The notes below the pieces were generated by a model, which saw only the letters and a list, made by a program, of their open reading frames with translations, was not told the origin of the DNA and searched no databases. The position numbers were made by a program, and so were the translations under genes. Source: a virus. From it: 64,000 bases of DNA. Positions 1-10,134 of the stretch are shown here, piece after piece. Positions within the stretch are counted from its first letter, which is position 1. Each line of letters begins with the position of its first letter. The DNA lies in IMG/VR virus record IMGVR_UViG_3300045988_107608, positions 16,948 to 80,947 of that record; one strand, written 5' to 3'.

Positions 1-1989
1 CGTGAGGCTATAGAAAAATTATCTACGGTTCCTGATGTTGTTAAGTGGGTAGAAGATGAAAGCAGGAATGTGAAAGACATTGTGACGTCTGAAGTAGAAT
101 CTGGAATAGATTTCGAAGGTGAGATGTTTGTCGCTCCTAAGATCAGGATTCAGTTTGGCAAATCATCTTCCAGACCTAAATCGCTTATAGAGGATGATCT
201 TCCTTTCTCTGATGAGGGTAAGACCGTTACTTCTAAGGTAGAAGATGTGGAAGTTTATGAAGAGGAAATGCCAGAGGAAGGGGCTGCCCGGGAGACTCAG
301 CCGGCGCCATTAGCTCAGCCGGCTCCTGCGGCACAAGCTACGCAGTCTTTACCTGGCAAGAAGCGTACCTCCAGGAAAAACTTCTCTCTTATGTTAAACG
401 AAATAGAATCTCATATAGAAAAAGAAGGATTGCCGTCTTATGCTAATATTTTTGATTTTATAGCAAGGAAGATTGTAGGAGGTGATTTGAGGTTTCTTCG
501 TGAGAGAGGTAATCCTAAAAGCCTTAAGGAAGAAATGGGATTAGAACCTAAAGGAACAGTAGGTGATAAAATATCCACTCCTTCCAGTAAAGGTGGTAAG
601 ACCTTAGAAGAATACGTTTCTTGGCTTCGTTCTCAAACAGATCAGGTGGTGGTTGATTATGTTGGGCCAAGATCTGACGAACAAATTATATCAGAGTTGA
701 AAAACTTTTTGAAATATATTAATTTTGTTCCAAGCAAGGCTTTGAATTATTCTCTTAGAGTCAATGGCATGGATACCCTAAAAGAATATGGCACAAAAGA
801 GGAAGTAGAAAAAATGGAATCTGATATCAATAGTTTGGTTTCTAAAGTTTTGCCTACGGTGGACAACCAAACTATAGAAGATGTTTCTACTGCAATAAAA
901 TCAAACAACTTGCCTGCCATATGGGAGCCCGTGGAAAGCCTTGATATGACAAACGAGGAAAAAATAGAGTTTTTGAATAACGTAGCAGATTTCCTTAGCG
1001 GCATACCAGAGTATGATGCTGTCGTGGAGTCTATAGAGTCAGAATCAGATAATATTTTAAATGATGGAAAAGAAGGAAGTGCAGAAGGCGGTGCAGTACG
1101 CACTGAGGAAGATGGCGATAAAAAGGGAGATGGAGAAGGCAAAGGACAATCCAGAACAAATGTCGAAGTTAAAGGAAATATCGAATTACCTGGATATGAA
1201 GAAGGAAGAGTAGATAACTATAGGAAGAACGGAGATAAGTTCTCTGACATTGCTGAAGTCACTTTATGGCTACTTAGAAGGGCTGCCGGCATAACCTCTA
1301 TCCCGGAAGGAGAAGAGGTTTATGTAGAGGGAGATGAGGTTAATAGTATTATGACCGATATGGAATCAAGGTATGGTATAGACACCATCAATCACTCGCA
1401 TACGACTAAGGCTATAAGGGATCTTAACGGCGTATCAGGTTATAAAGTAGAATACGGCTTAACCTTTTTGACATACGATCCTTTTATTAGGATATCCAAT
1501 CCAAGGGAAGAATATAAGGCTGCGAAAGACGAGCCTCGTATATCCGAAGAACCTCTTACTCACATATCAAGGGTGACAACCCCTTATTTCCTGTACGGCG
1601 GTGATGAAGCATATACATCTGTTCCGGCTAAGGTAGAACCTATACCGGAGAAGATAATGGGTCGTAATGGCATTAAATTTGGTATGAGTGTAGTCGAGTT
1701 AACCAAATTAGGGTACAAAAAAGCTGGTGGAAACTGGATATATAAATTCTATATGAACTCAGGTGTGTATGATTTGTATAATATCAGTACCGGTGAAGCG
1801 TTTAGGGCAAAACCGGATCTTGGAGTTAAGATAAGTTCCAGTGCATTCATCCGCTCTTTATCTCAATCTGGTAGAAAAATACAAAATATGATGAGTAATA
1901 TGAGCCAGGAAGAGATAGATAGGAATAAGAATCTCGTAGAAGGTTCTGATAATTCGGATTCGATAAATGAGTTAAATAAGGAGTGTTGA
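1..1989 (+). CDS. hypothetical acidic protein, 5' partial; the ORF stays open to window position 1
   Basis: Frame is open from nt 1 into the 639-aa ORF (GTG at 70 is only the first in-window start). Low-complexity QPAPLAQPAPAAQ segment. Confidence 0.55.
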   Translation, partial: REAIEKLSTVPDVVKWVEDESRNVKDIVTSEVESGIDFEGEMFVAPKIRIQFGKSSSRPKSLIEDDLPFSDEGKTVTSKVEDVEVYEEEMPEEGAARETQPAPLAQPAPAAQATQSLPGKKRTSRKNFSLMLNEIESHIEKEGLPSYANIFDFIARKIVGGDLRFLRERGNPKSLKEEMGLEPKGTVGDKISTPSSKGGKTLEEYVSWLRSQTDQVVVDYVGPRSDEQIISELKNFLKYINFVPSKALNYSLRVNGMDTLKEYGTKEEVEKMESDINSLVSKVLPTVDNQTIEDVSTAIKSNNLPAIWEPVESLDMTNEEKIEFLNNVADFLSGIPEYDAVVESIESESDNILNDGKEGSAEGGAVRTEEDGDKKGDGEGKGQSRTNVEVKGNIELPGYEEGRVDNYRKNGDKFSDIAEVTLWLLRRAAGITSIPEGEEVYVEGDEVNSIMTDMESRYGIDTINHSHTTKAIRDLNGVSGYKVEYGLTFLTYDPFIRISNPREEYKAAKDEPRISEEPLTHISRVTTPYFLYGGDEAYTSVPAKVEPIPEKIMGRNGIKFGMSVVELTKLGYKKAGGNWIYKFYMNSGVYDLYNISTGEAFRAKPDLGVKISSSAFIRSLSQSGRKIQNMMSNMSQEEIDRNKNLVEGSDNSDSINELNKEC

Positions 1990-2522
1990 GTATGAGAAGG
2001 AGATTTTTTAATGCTGCGGATAATTTCGTGGGAGGATGTTATAATAAGTTATCCAATGAAGATATAAAAAGGCTTGGAGGAAAAAGACCTTATGTATGTC
2101 AGTTTAATAAAATTCATATACATATAGGACCTGTATTAAAAGATCATGATTCTGATGTTAGTTACATAATGTTTAATAGTAATTGGAATTATGGTGGTTA
2201 TGAATCTATGGTTTATAATCATAGCAATAATGGTATTTTTATATTAGGTGAAAACAAAATTGGTAACATAGAAGATCATATACAAGATCTAACATATTGG
2301 TACGAATATGATCCAAGCATTAATGAAAATTATTGTTATTTTTATTATGAGGCTAATAACAGCGGAAATGCTATCAAGTTGAATGGTGAGTTTGGTGATA
2401 CCAGTACTGTTTTCAACATTCCCAGCTTGGAAGTCACCACTCTTCGTGATGGCAGTTTGAGTTTTCCGGAGATTTATATAGAAGGAATTTGGGATCCGTC
2501 ATTGTATAAGTCGGTTTTATAA
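1983..2522 (+). CDS. hypothetical protein
   Basis: 179-aa ORF overlapping the upstream stop (coupled). Asn/Tyr-rich. Confidence 0.45.
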   Translation: MLSMRRRFFNAADNFVGGCYNKLSNEDIKRLGGKRPYVCQFNKIHIHIGPVLKDHDSDVSYIMFNSNWNYGGYESMVYNHSNNGIFILGENKIGNIEDHIQDLTYWYEYDPSINENYCYFYYEANNSGNAIKLNGEFGDTSTVFNIPSLEVTTLRDGSLSFPEIYIEGIWDPSLYKSVL

Positions 2523-2548
2523 TTAACTTTGCAAAAAAGTTAATTACA

Positions 2549-4807
2549 ATGGGTGTCAAATGTCAGATAGAAAAAAAGGAAAATGAAATAAAACGGGTTA
2601 AGGCTCCTAACGGGGAGCCTTCCGTTCTTTACGAAAGTGCTTTAAAAGTATTAGGAAACAGCGAGCGGGCTCTTCAGGTATGGGCTAAGGCTTACACTCC
2701 TGGTTTTTTGTCGTATTACGGTCATTGGAATAACCCGGCTCCAGGAGAGATGTTTAATACCGATCCCAATGGTGAACCTCTTTTAGAAGACGTGCTGTCG
2801 TATATGAAGCGTCAGACTTATTTTGCTGATCCTTTAACGGCTCAGGATGTTAAGGATGTAAGGGATTTCCTTTTGTCTACTCATTATTTTTTCAATGCGT
2901 CTTCATTGTCTAATGCTATTCTCTTCGATTTTTATGTAGATGGCAGTTTGATACTGAATGAGCAGAAATTAAGGAGATCCGGTTTGTATGATGAAACAGA
3001 AATAAGTCGTATTTTATCCGATCCTTCTGTTTTAAACGAGGTTTCGACTTCCATGAGAAAGTTAATAGATTCTTCTATTAACGAACATGATAGGGAAAAA
3101 GATAATTATTTTATGTCTATTGACTATCAGTATGGTCCTATTGTTTACAAGGAGGGAGTGTTTAACCAATTTGGTAAAAAAGTACCATATAATCCTTCTG
3201 AGCTTTATTATGCTATGCGTAAAACAGTAGCCGGCATAAAAAACTTTTCTGAATTTTCATCTGCTTTTGAATCGTTGAGAAATTCATATCCTGAACTGGT
3301 TGAGAAATTCGTTTCTGATAAAGAATTTGCCGAATCTATGTTTGATGAGTTCTCATCTACGAATAAGATTCCGGTAATAAACATAGAAGGGGATGATGTG
3401 GTGGAAGGCAAGAGAAGATCTTTGTCTAAGCTACAAGATCTTTCTTATTACAATTCCGGCAAAATAGAGTTCCTAAGAGCTCGTATATCAGCTTATTTAC
3501 ATAGGGCTAATGCCGACACCGAATCCGATTTAAGAAGCATGATATGGGATATAGAAGAGGCTTGTACGTGGTTTGGCATAGATATAATAGGGACATCGGA
3601 AACTTATGATGGCACAGAAGAATCTTTGAATAAGATAGATAATTTGATGCTGGATCTTGATATTTATGTGGCCAGGCATAATGATGTAAATTATGCTCCA
3701 ACGCTGGCATCTTCTATAGATGATGTTCTTGGTGATAGTACAGACTATTATTTTGGATTATTGCCGGAGTATATGGATAATTTGAATATCGTTTATTCTG
3801 AATCCGATATAGACCCAGTAGAGGCATTTGAGAAACATTCATTGCTTAAGGTAGGAGATAATCTATATCAAAGGATCAGCAAAGATGATCTTAACGAGAT
3901 GTATCAAATATCAACAGTATTAGCCAAGCACAACCTAACTCATTTTTCTACTAAAATATATCCTGAATCTTGTTTTAAGAACGGCGTTTTGGATAAAGAG
4001 AAAGTACGGAACGTAGATAATAATACGCTCATGGCTTCCATTAAAAAATACGTCAGATCGTTCATGGATTCTCAGAACACAGAGGACATGATAATGACCA
4101 GGATGGTGTTTGGGCACCCTGCGGTACTTGACGTTCCTTACGTGGATGTGGATCGGGAGTATAGTCGATACATGAACAAAAAACAAGATAGCGAAAACCC
4201 ATTATCCTTATTCGATTTATACCAATCTTACCTTGACAACAAACTCCATAAAACAAAATTATATGATAATGCCTATAAGTATCTTGACTTCAAACCTGGT
4301 CCATCTTTGGGTCTTATTTCTGATGATCCTGATATTTTGAAATCAATAGAATTATCTTTATCTGGAAAAGACAGGTTGATGTTGTTTGATTATAGCATGA
4401 CCAGTACCGACCCTTCTTTATCAGAATTGTTTTATTTGGAGAGGTATGACCCTTCGTATGCTGGGAATGATTTTGAACACTATTTTTACACCAGGCACCC
4501 GTATTTGTTAAAAGAAAAATCGGGTTCTAATATCGTAGAGCAAGATGGTGTTATAACAGCAGAAGGTATTTATGATAATTTTATAAGAGTAGGTAATAAG
4601 ATATGGTCTAAAGTAAGCGAGAGTAGTTCCGGCTCTATCTACCAAAATCTGACAGGAACCGAATCGGAGGTGAAATACGATTCTACTCAGAAGGTAAAGA
4701 CGGTAGAAACCGATTACGCTCCATACCAAAACAGATCTGGCTTGACGCAAGATATGATCGTAAGCAAGTCTGAATTGGATGATCTTAACAAATTAGAATG
4801 CAAATAA
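2549..4807 (+). CDS. hypothetical large protein (752 aa), probable virion/morphogenesis module
   Basis: Long intact ORF in the plus-strand block. No recognised motif. Confidence 0.6.
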   Translation: MGVKCQIEKKENEIKRVKAPNGEPSVLYESALKVLGNSERALQVWAKAYTPGFLSYYGHWNNPAPGEMFNTDPNGEPLLEDVLSYMKRQTYFADPLTAQDVKDVRDFLLSTHYFFNASSLSNAILFDFYVDGSLILNEQKLRRSGLYDETEISRILSDPSVLNEVSTSMRKLIDSSINEHDREKDNYFMSIDYQYGPIVYKEGVFNQFGKKVPYNPSELYYAMRKTVAGIKNFSEFSSAFESLRNSYPELVEKFVSDKEFAESMFDEFSSTNKIPVINIEGDDVVEGKRRSLSKLQDLSYYNSGKIEFLRARISAYLHRANADTESDLRSMIWDIEEACTWFGIDIIGTSETYDGTEESLNKIDNLMLDLDIYVARHNDVNYAPTLASSIDDVLGDSTDYYFGLLPEYMDNLNIVYSESDIDPVEAFEKHSLLKVGDNLYQRISKDDLNEMYQISTVLAKHNLTHFSTKIYPESCFKNGVLDKEKVRNVDNNTLMASIKKYVRSFMDSQNTEDMIMTRMVFGHPAVLDVPYVDVDREYSRYMNKKQDSENPLSLFDLYQSYLDNKLHKTKLYDNAYKYLDFKPGPSLGLISDDPDILKSIELSLSGKDRLMLFDYSMTSTDPSLSELFYLERYDPSYAGNDFEHYFYTRHPYLLKEKSGSNIVEQDGVITAEGIYDNFIRVGNKIWSKVSESSSGSIYQNLTGTESEVKYDSTQKVKTVETDYAPYQNRSGLTQDMIVSKSELDDLNKLECK

Positions 4808-4950
4808 TTTTTGTACACATATAATATAGTTTTTTCATAATTACGATTTGGGAAGTGGGGCTTGTGAAAGTCTCACTTTTCTTATATATGCACGTATATC
4901 AACAACATACAAGAAAAGTTAGATTTTTATTGTTTATGGATTATTTTTAT

Positions 4951-4958
4951 TAAGTTTG
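4951..4958 (+). promoter_or_regulatory. TAnnTTTG -7-like element in the long non-coding region
   Basis: TAAGTTTG. The nearest downstream ORF is only the 65-aa 5033-5230. Confidence 0.2.
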
Positions 4959-5318
4959 CGATATTAGTTTCAGGAAGGGATTATAGAAAATAGGAAAAAG
5001 TAAGAACCGAACGTAACTAATAACAGTAGGAAATGAGAATCAGTACCATCAAACGTAACAACAGCATTCATCTTATGTATAAAAACATTATGAATGATTT
5101 AGGTCAATTAAGAACTGTAGTTTCAAAATCCTATATTTATAATCTGATACAAAATCAAACCGGATTAAGTATCAGAACTATATCCCATGTACTTAACCAT
5201 ACCAAAGAACAGGATACGGATTCTTTGTGAAAAGCATGTATTTTCATACATTTGTTCGTTCTTTAGTTTTAGTAGGGAAAAGTTTTTCATGGTATTTTAG
5301 TTTAGATTAGTTGAGGCA

Positions 5319-5351
5319 GGATTCGCAGTGATGCGGATCCTGTTTTGATTT
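5319..5351 (+). terminator. terminator-like hairpin plus T-rich tail
   Basis: ggattcgca gtga tgcggatcc (9-bp stem with one G-T wobble) followed by tgttttgattt. Confidence 0.35.
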
Positions 5352-5399
5352 ACAGCGCTTTACCCAAAAAAAGAAAAGCGAAAGTTGCTGATTATCAAT

Positions 5400-5421
5400 T
5401 TTTCCCCATAAATGGGGAAAA
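5400..5421. promoter_or_regulatory. 10-bp-arm inverted repeat TTTTCCCCAT aa ATGGGGAAAA
   Basis: Perfect arms with a 2-nt spacer, ~70-90 nt upstream of the 5491/5566 gene, inside the 680-nt non-coding stretch 4808-5490. Confidence 0.4.
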
Positions 5422-5490
5422 CTACTCGTTGTATATTATATTTCCGTTTTTACTGAAAATCCTTCCATTTTATCGGAAACAAACTCAGCC

Positions 5491-6573
5491 TTGTTCCACC
5501 CTGCAATCATGATCTTTGTTACGTGCTTCATGCACGTATGTTTAACAATTAAATACTATAAAATTATGGGTGGTGATAAAATCGTCCTTTTAGATGGAGC
5601 CGGGGCTAACGGTGGTGGTGCAGCCACTAACGGTCTTCTTTCAATGATTCCCGGCATGTTTGCTAATTTGATAGGTGGTAATAAAATGGATCCGAATCTG
5701 GTGGCGGCTTTGATGAACGGTCGTAACAACCAGGACGGTTTCGGTGGGGCTAACGGTTGGTGGCTCTGGATAATTGTTTTGTTCTGGCTGTGGGGTGGAC
5801 GCGGCTTCGGTAACGGTTTTGGAAATGGCGGTGATTGTTGTGCCAATGGTTTGCCGGCTCAGTTGAATAACGATTACGGTCGTGAACTTTTGATGCAGGC
5901 AATTCAAGGTAATCGTAGCGCCATAGATCAGATTGCTTCTGCTTTGAACTGTTCTACTACTCAACTTCAGAACGCTATCTGCAACGTACAGGGTGCTATT
6001 GATAAAGTAGCTGGTCAGGTAGGTATGACTTCTCAGGCTGTTATCAACGCAGTTCAACAACAAGGTTGTGAAATAGGAAATCAAATCAGCTCTTGCTGCT
6101 GCAATCTGAGTTCGTTGATCAATCAAAGCACTTGCCAGACTCAGGGAATGATTACTCAGCAAGGTTTTGATAACCAGCTTCGCACGTTGGAACAAACCAA
6201 TGTCTTGCAGAACGGTCTCAACCAAGGTCTGGCTAACAATCGTGAGCAAGCTACAAGCCAATTCAATATCTTGTCTGCGAAACTTGACGCCCAAACCGTT
6301 ATGATCAACGACAAATTCTGTCAGTTGGAAATGAGGGAAATGCAGAACACTATTGCTCAACTTCGTGAAGAAAAAGCGGCTTTGACAGCTTCGGCATTAT
6401 CTCAGCAACAAACCCAGAATATCGTTGGTCAATTACGCCCGACGGCCGTCCCGGCCTACCCCTCTTGTTCTCCTTACCAGGCTTATACTTGGGGACAGGT
6501 ATTCGGAGGAGGTTGCTGTAATAACGGATGCGGATGTAACAACGGATGTTGCAATAACAACGCTGCTGTCTGA
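5491..6573 (+). CDS. Gly/Gln/Cys-rich protein with a Trp-rich hydrophobic segment (true start may be Met at ~5566)
   Basis: 360-aa ORF with GGxGxG repeats, WWLWIIVLFWLW segment, Q/N-rich coiled region and a C-terminal CCNNGCGCNNGCC cluster. Confidence 0.5.
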   Translation: MFHPAIMIFVTCFMHVCLTIKYYKIMGGDKIVLLDGAGANGGGAATNGLLSMIPGMFANLIGGNKMDPNLVAALMNGRNNQDGFGGANGWWLWIIVLFWLWGGRGFGNGFGNGGDCCANGLPAQLNNDYGRELLMQAIQGNRSAIDQIASALNCSTTQLQNAICNVQGAIDKVAGQVGMTSQAVINAVQQQGCEIGNQISSCCCNLSSLINQSTCQTQGMITQQGFDNQLRTLEQTNVLQNGLNQGLANNREQATSQFNILSAKLDAQTVMINDKFCQLEMREMQNTIAQLREEKAALTASALSQQQTQNIVGQLRPTAVPAYPSCSPYQAYTWGQVFGGGCCNNGCGCNNGCCNNNAAV

Positions 6574-6596
6574 TTTTATTAAGAAAGGAGGCTAAT

Positions 6597-7010
6597 ATGG
6601 CTTGTGTTTCTAAAATAGGATCGTTGTATGAGATGGTTACGAAGAATGTTATTGTCAGTACGACAAATACAGTCTTCGGTATTAACCCACGGGCTTGGAT
6701 CGCCCTTCCGTGTGAGGGTCTTATCCTTCTTAAGATAAGGCAAGTAGTCCCCACAGCCGGAAGTGCTCTACCGGTACAGATTGCGGTCCCGGCAAACAGC
6801 ACAGTTTCAACAGTAGGAGCCGACACCTGTTGCCCGGTTACGGGAGTGAATGTCGTGAACCCTATTAACGTAGCTGTCACGGGTGCTGCTATGGTAAATG
6901 GCACAGAACGCCTTCTGTACTTCAATAAAGTTCGTGGCGTGTTAAGATTAATGGATTGTTGTGTTCCGACAACAACAGCCCAGGCGTCTGAAGTTAAAGC
7001 AGGTAAATGA
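6597..7010 (+). CDS. hypothetical protein
   Basis: 137-aa ORF preceded by an aaaggagg Shine-Dalgarno-like sequence 8 nt upstream, which is rare in this window. Confidence 0.5.
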   Translation: MACVSKIGSLYEMVTKNVIVSTTNTVFGINPRAWIALPCEGLILLKIRQVVPTAGSALPVQIAVPANSTVSTVGADTCCPVTGVNVVNPINVAVTGAAMVNGTERLLYFNKVRGVLRLMDCCVPTTTAQASEVKAGK

Positions 7011-7060
7011 TTTCAGTAGGGTGATGAAGATCATCACCCTATTTTCACCTAACTAATATT

Positions 7061-7555
7061 TTGATCATGTTTTCAGATTTGAAGAAAGGGTTTCAGGTAC
7101 ATACCCTTGATACTAATACAGTACCTAAATACGAATTGGGAAAGGTAGTAGCCGTATCCGAACCCAGGTATCTTCCTCCTCAGCCAGGTCAGTATCAGGC
7201 GATGCAGACCCGCGTGGTGGATCTGACGGTAGAGCTCACTGGCGAAACCAAGACCTATACGGTCCCGGAATCCCAGAATGTGGCTAAGGCTATGGGCATA
7301 ACATTATCTACCAGCATAGATCCGATTATGAACGAACTGAATGCTATAAAAAACACCAGTCAAGACATAATAAACAGCGTAGATGCCCATCGTGCCAAGA
7401 TAGAGGCTTGTGAATCTATATTAGAAGACATCAATCCGGCATTCAAACAAACGAGAGAGCAGGATCGTAAAATAGCTGGTATAGAAAATAAGGTGAATGA
7501 CCTTACTGATTCATTCGAAGATTTAAAGAAGTTAATTGTAGAACGTTTGAAATAA
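7061..7555 (+). CDS. hypothetical coiled-coil protein
   Basis: 164-aa ORF. Confidence 0.45.
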   Translation: MIMFSDLKKGFQVHTLDTNTVPKYELGKVVAVSEPRYLPPQPGQYQAMQTRVVDLTVELTGETKTYTVPESQNVAKAMGITLSTSIDPIMNELNAIKNTSQDIINSVDAHRAKIEACESILEDINPAFKQTREQDRKIAGIENKVNDLTDSFEDLKKLIVERLK

Positions 7556-7562
7556 GTGTAAT

Positions 7563-7931
7563 ATGATAGTATATGATTTAAATTCAGGACACAGAGAATA
7601 TCCTGGATATGACGAGATAGAAGACAGACGAGGTGGAGGCAGAGGCAGAAGCCGGCGTTCTGATGGGACGTACATGGGGTACGGTGGTGGTATTTACGAC
7701 CATTACGGTATGCATGAGAAGATGAAGGAAATGGAAGAACGCGAAAACGAGCTGGAAGAAAGGGAAAGAAGGCTTGAAGAGCGCGAACGTCGTCATGAAA
7801 TGGAGGACCGGGAATACCGGAGGATGGGTTACGAATCCTACCCGACCGATTACTATGGAGACGACAGATACTACGGTGACGGACCTCAGATGCGTAGAGG
7901 TCGCGGACGTGGCAGAGGTCGTTCTTATTGA
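7563..7931 (+). CDS. Arg/Gly- and Glu/Arg-repeat protein (RGRGRGRS at both ends; ERERR repeats)
   Basis: 122-aa highly charged low-complexity ORF. Possible nucleic-acid-binding internal protein. Confidence 0.4.
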   Translation: MIVYDLNSGHREYPGYDEIEDRRGGGRGRSRRSDGTYMGYGGGIYDHYGMHEKMKEMEERENELEERERRLEERERRHEMEDREYRRMGYESYPTDYYGDDRYYGDGPQMRRGRGRGRGRSY

Positions 7932-8024
7932 GGAGCAGACGCAGAGGATCCAGCTTATCAGAAATATGTAGATACTTACGGCTACCATTTTTCTAATGCT
8001 CTCGCTGATGAGGCGGTAAAGAAG

Positions 8025-8318
8025 ATGGTCAACGTCGATGGATCCAAGAGGATCTGGAAGCAGCCGGAAATAAAAGATATTTTTGAAAAGTGCGGAGCGA
8101 AGAAGCCGGATAAAGCGACATGGGGCGATGTCCAATATGTCTTTGCAATGTACTATTCGGATGGTTTTCCGAAGGTCTTCAAATGTGAGAACGAGTTGGT
8201 GAAAGCTACGTTAATGTATTTGGATGATCCGGATGCTCCCGAAGGAGTAGCCTTTATAAGATGGCTTGCCGTGCAAGATTACCTCGGCGAAAAAATAAAC
8301 TGGAAGGATCTGACCTGA
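8025..8318 (+). CDS. hypothetical protein
   Basis: 97-aa ORF, followed by the GCGGGA...TCCCGC hairpin at 8346-8376. Confidence 0.4.
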   Translation: MVNVDGSKRIWKQPEIKDIFEKCGAKKPDKATWGDVQYVFAMYYSDGFPKVFKCENELVKATLMYLDDPDAPEGVAFIRWLAVQDYLGEKINWKDLT

Positions 8319-8620
8319 GATCCAGATCCAGGTCCTTCCGGTGGTGCGGGAGCCATAGTAAAAAATATGATTCCCGCATTCCCGTTTTTCCCGTTTGGAA
8401 AAAAAGGAATAAAAATATTATACCGGTCGGCGGGCAATAGAATACCCGTGGCCGGTTTGTTTCACATAACTTTTTTTGGGATATGAATATAGCACACGAA
8501 TCTAAATCGAATAAAACCCCATTGTATTTAATAGGAGAGTTGATTGGCGTACCGAATACGGTTATGGACTCAGCATTGCATGAACTGAAAGATAGAATAG
8601 ACAAAGACCCTAAATGGGTG

Positions 8621-9959
8621 ATTATATACCACTTTACACCAAAAGCGTAAAGTAATACACATTTATACGGAAATTCGTACCGGGTTACACCAAAACCCTC
8701 TACCTTCTGGTAACATCGTTACATCAAAGGATTCTTTTTCCGATTTACGGATGATGTTAAAAGCACCATTGATATCAGCATTAATTGTCTTACCAGAAGA
8801 GGTTTTAAACAATCCTCGTTTAATCCTTCTTCCTTTGTAAGATTCATGTTTGCAAATCCGTTCATTATCTAAAAAGCTACATTTTGAAGTATAAGATTCT
8901 TCAACGATCTTAACATTAATACCTTCTAATGTAGCTTTATACGATATCATACTGATAAACGAATTAAAAGGAATAGATACAAAGTTCTGATTATTACGCT
9001 TTCCAATATTGATCTCTTGTTTCCAGCACTTGTTATGACCGATTATGATCGTATTAATACCATTGGAAACTACATGATTAACCAATATTCTACTTGCTTT
9101 ATGCAGATAGTCTTTGATCTTGTTATTCCTTTTGTCGGTTAATGACCTTATTTGTTTTGAAATCTGTTTATTGTCTTTTAACTTAGATTTTAAGAATGCT
9201 AACCTTTTGTTATAATATTGGTTAATAGACTTTAGTGGTCTACCATTGATGATAAAACAAGAACCGGTGTTTGAAACACAAGATGCTAAATTATCCAATC
9301 CTATGTCGATGCCAAGATAGTTCCCATTATCGGACATAAGATTCTTTTCCTTCTTATTGTAAACTATTTCAAGAACAATATACCCATTCTTAGGAATGAA
9401 TCTAAGTTGTTGAATATTTTGCTTGTTAGTTCTTGTTGTAAAGGAAAACTGTTTTGGTAACTTAACAATGCCTTGTTTTATCCATTTTTGAGAAAAAGCA
9501 TTTGTTGCAAAAACAGCAGGAAACAAACCACCCTTGTTGAGATACCTTGGCATTCTTACTTCCTCAGAATACTCACCTCTATTCTTTTTATTAAAGAGAT
9601 TGAAGAAAGATTTAAAGTTTCTATCAACCATCATCAATACTTGTTGAGCAACCGGTGCTGGTAAAGCACGATAGTCAACATCATTTTCTGTTCTTAACTT
9701 CTTTTCAAGAGAATAGTAGTTTAGGTACTTATACTTTACAGTATTATCATCCTTGTATTGAAAATAATACTGTCTAACAACATATAACCCTTTATTGTAT
9801 AAGTTTTTACACTTATGCAATAGATCATAAAGTTCATTGTAATAAACAGAACTTGGTTTGATCGTATGTTGTTCGACTAATCTCATGACACAAATATAGA
9901 AATTATTATTTATATATGAAAACAAATTGGCGTATTTGTGGTGTAAAGTTGTATATAAT
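8621..9959 (-). mobile_element. possible TnpB-only IS-like unit bounded by ~25-bp imperfect inverted repeats
   Basis: 8621-8645 attatataccactttacaccaaaag matches the reverse complement of 9935-9959 at 23 of 25 positions. These repeats bracket only the tnpB-like gene. No tnpA is present. Confidence 0.3.
8663..9886 (-). CDS. tnpB: TnpB-like protein (IS200/IS605 OrfB family, RuvC-like); RuvC-II Glu replaced by Gly and zinc finger degenerate
   Basis: Motifs YLGIDIGLDNLA (RuvC-I Asp) and TINADINGAFNI (RuvC-III). At the canonical hhhEDLNVKGM position it reads TIIIGHNKCWKQ. Only 2 Cys remain where the CxxC...CxxC finger is expected. Probable start is MRLVEQ at 9886. Confidence 0.8.
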   Translation of the reverse strand: MRLVEQHTIKPSSVYYNELYDLLHKCKNLYNKGLYVVRQYYFQYKDDNTVKYKYLNYYSLEKKLRTENDVDYRALPAPVAQQVLMMVDRNFKSFFNLFNKKNRGEYSEEVRMPRYLNKGGLFPAVFATNAFSQKWIKQGIVKLPKQFSFTTRTNKQNIQQLRFIPKNGYIVLEIVYNKKEKNLMSDNGNYLGIDIGLDNLASCVSNTGSCFIINGRPLKSINQYYNKRLAFLKSKLKDNKQISKQIRSLTDKRNNKIKDYLHKASRILVNHVVSNGINTIIIGHNKCWKQEINIGKRNNQNFVSIPFNSFISMISYKATLEGINVKIVEESYTSKCSFLDNERICKHESYKGRRIKRGLFKTSSGKTINADINGAFNIIRKSEKESFDVTMLPEGRGFWCNPVRISV

Positions 9960-10029
9960 TACCTAAAGATGTTAAAAATTGGCTCGAATCTTTACCCAAG
10001 ATCTGAACCTATTTTTTTTCAATACCAGG

Positions 10030-10064
10030 CCCGATGCGATTTTAACGTATCGGGTTTTTATTTT
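10030..10064 (+). terminator. rho-independent terminator-like hairpin plus T tract
   Basis: cccgatgcg / cgtatcggg stem (one G-T wobble) followed by tttttatttt. Confidence 0.45.
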
Positions 10065-10109
10065 AATTCATATTGTTTTATTTTAAATCTAATTAATTCA
10101 TGAATGTCG

Positions 10110-10117
10110 TACTTTTG
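10110..10117 (+). promoter_or_regulatory. Bacteroidota-type -7 promoter element (TAnnTTTG)
   Basis: TACTTTTG lies 18 nt upstream of the ATG at 10135. Confidence 0.35.
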
Positions 10118-10134
10118 TTGAAAAAGTATTCTAT

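Noticed and set aside
8346-8395. Strong intrinsic terminator after the gene ending at 8318
   Set aside because: The GCGGGA/TCCCGC stem is short with a 20-nt loop and the T tract is interrupted. Mentioned only in evidence, not called as a feature.
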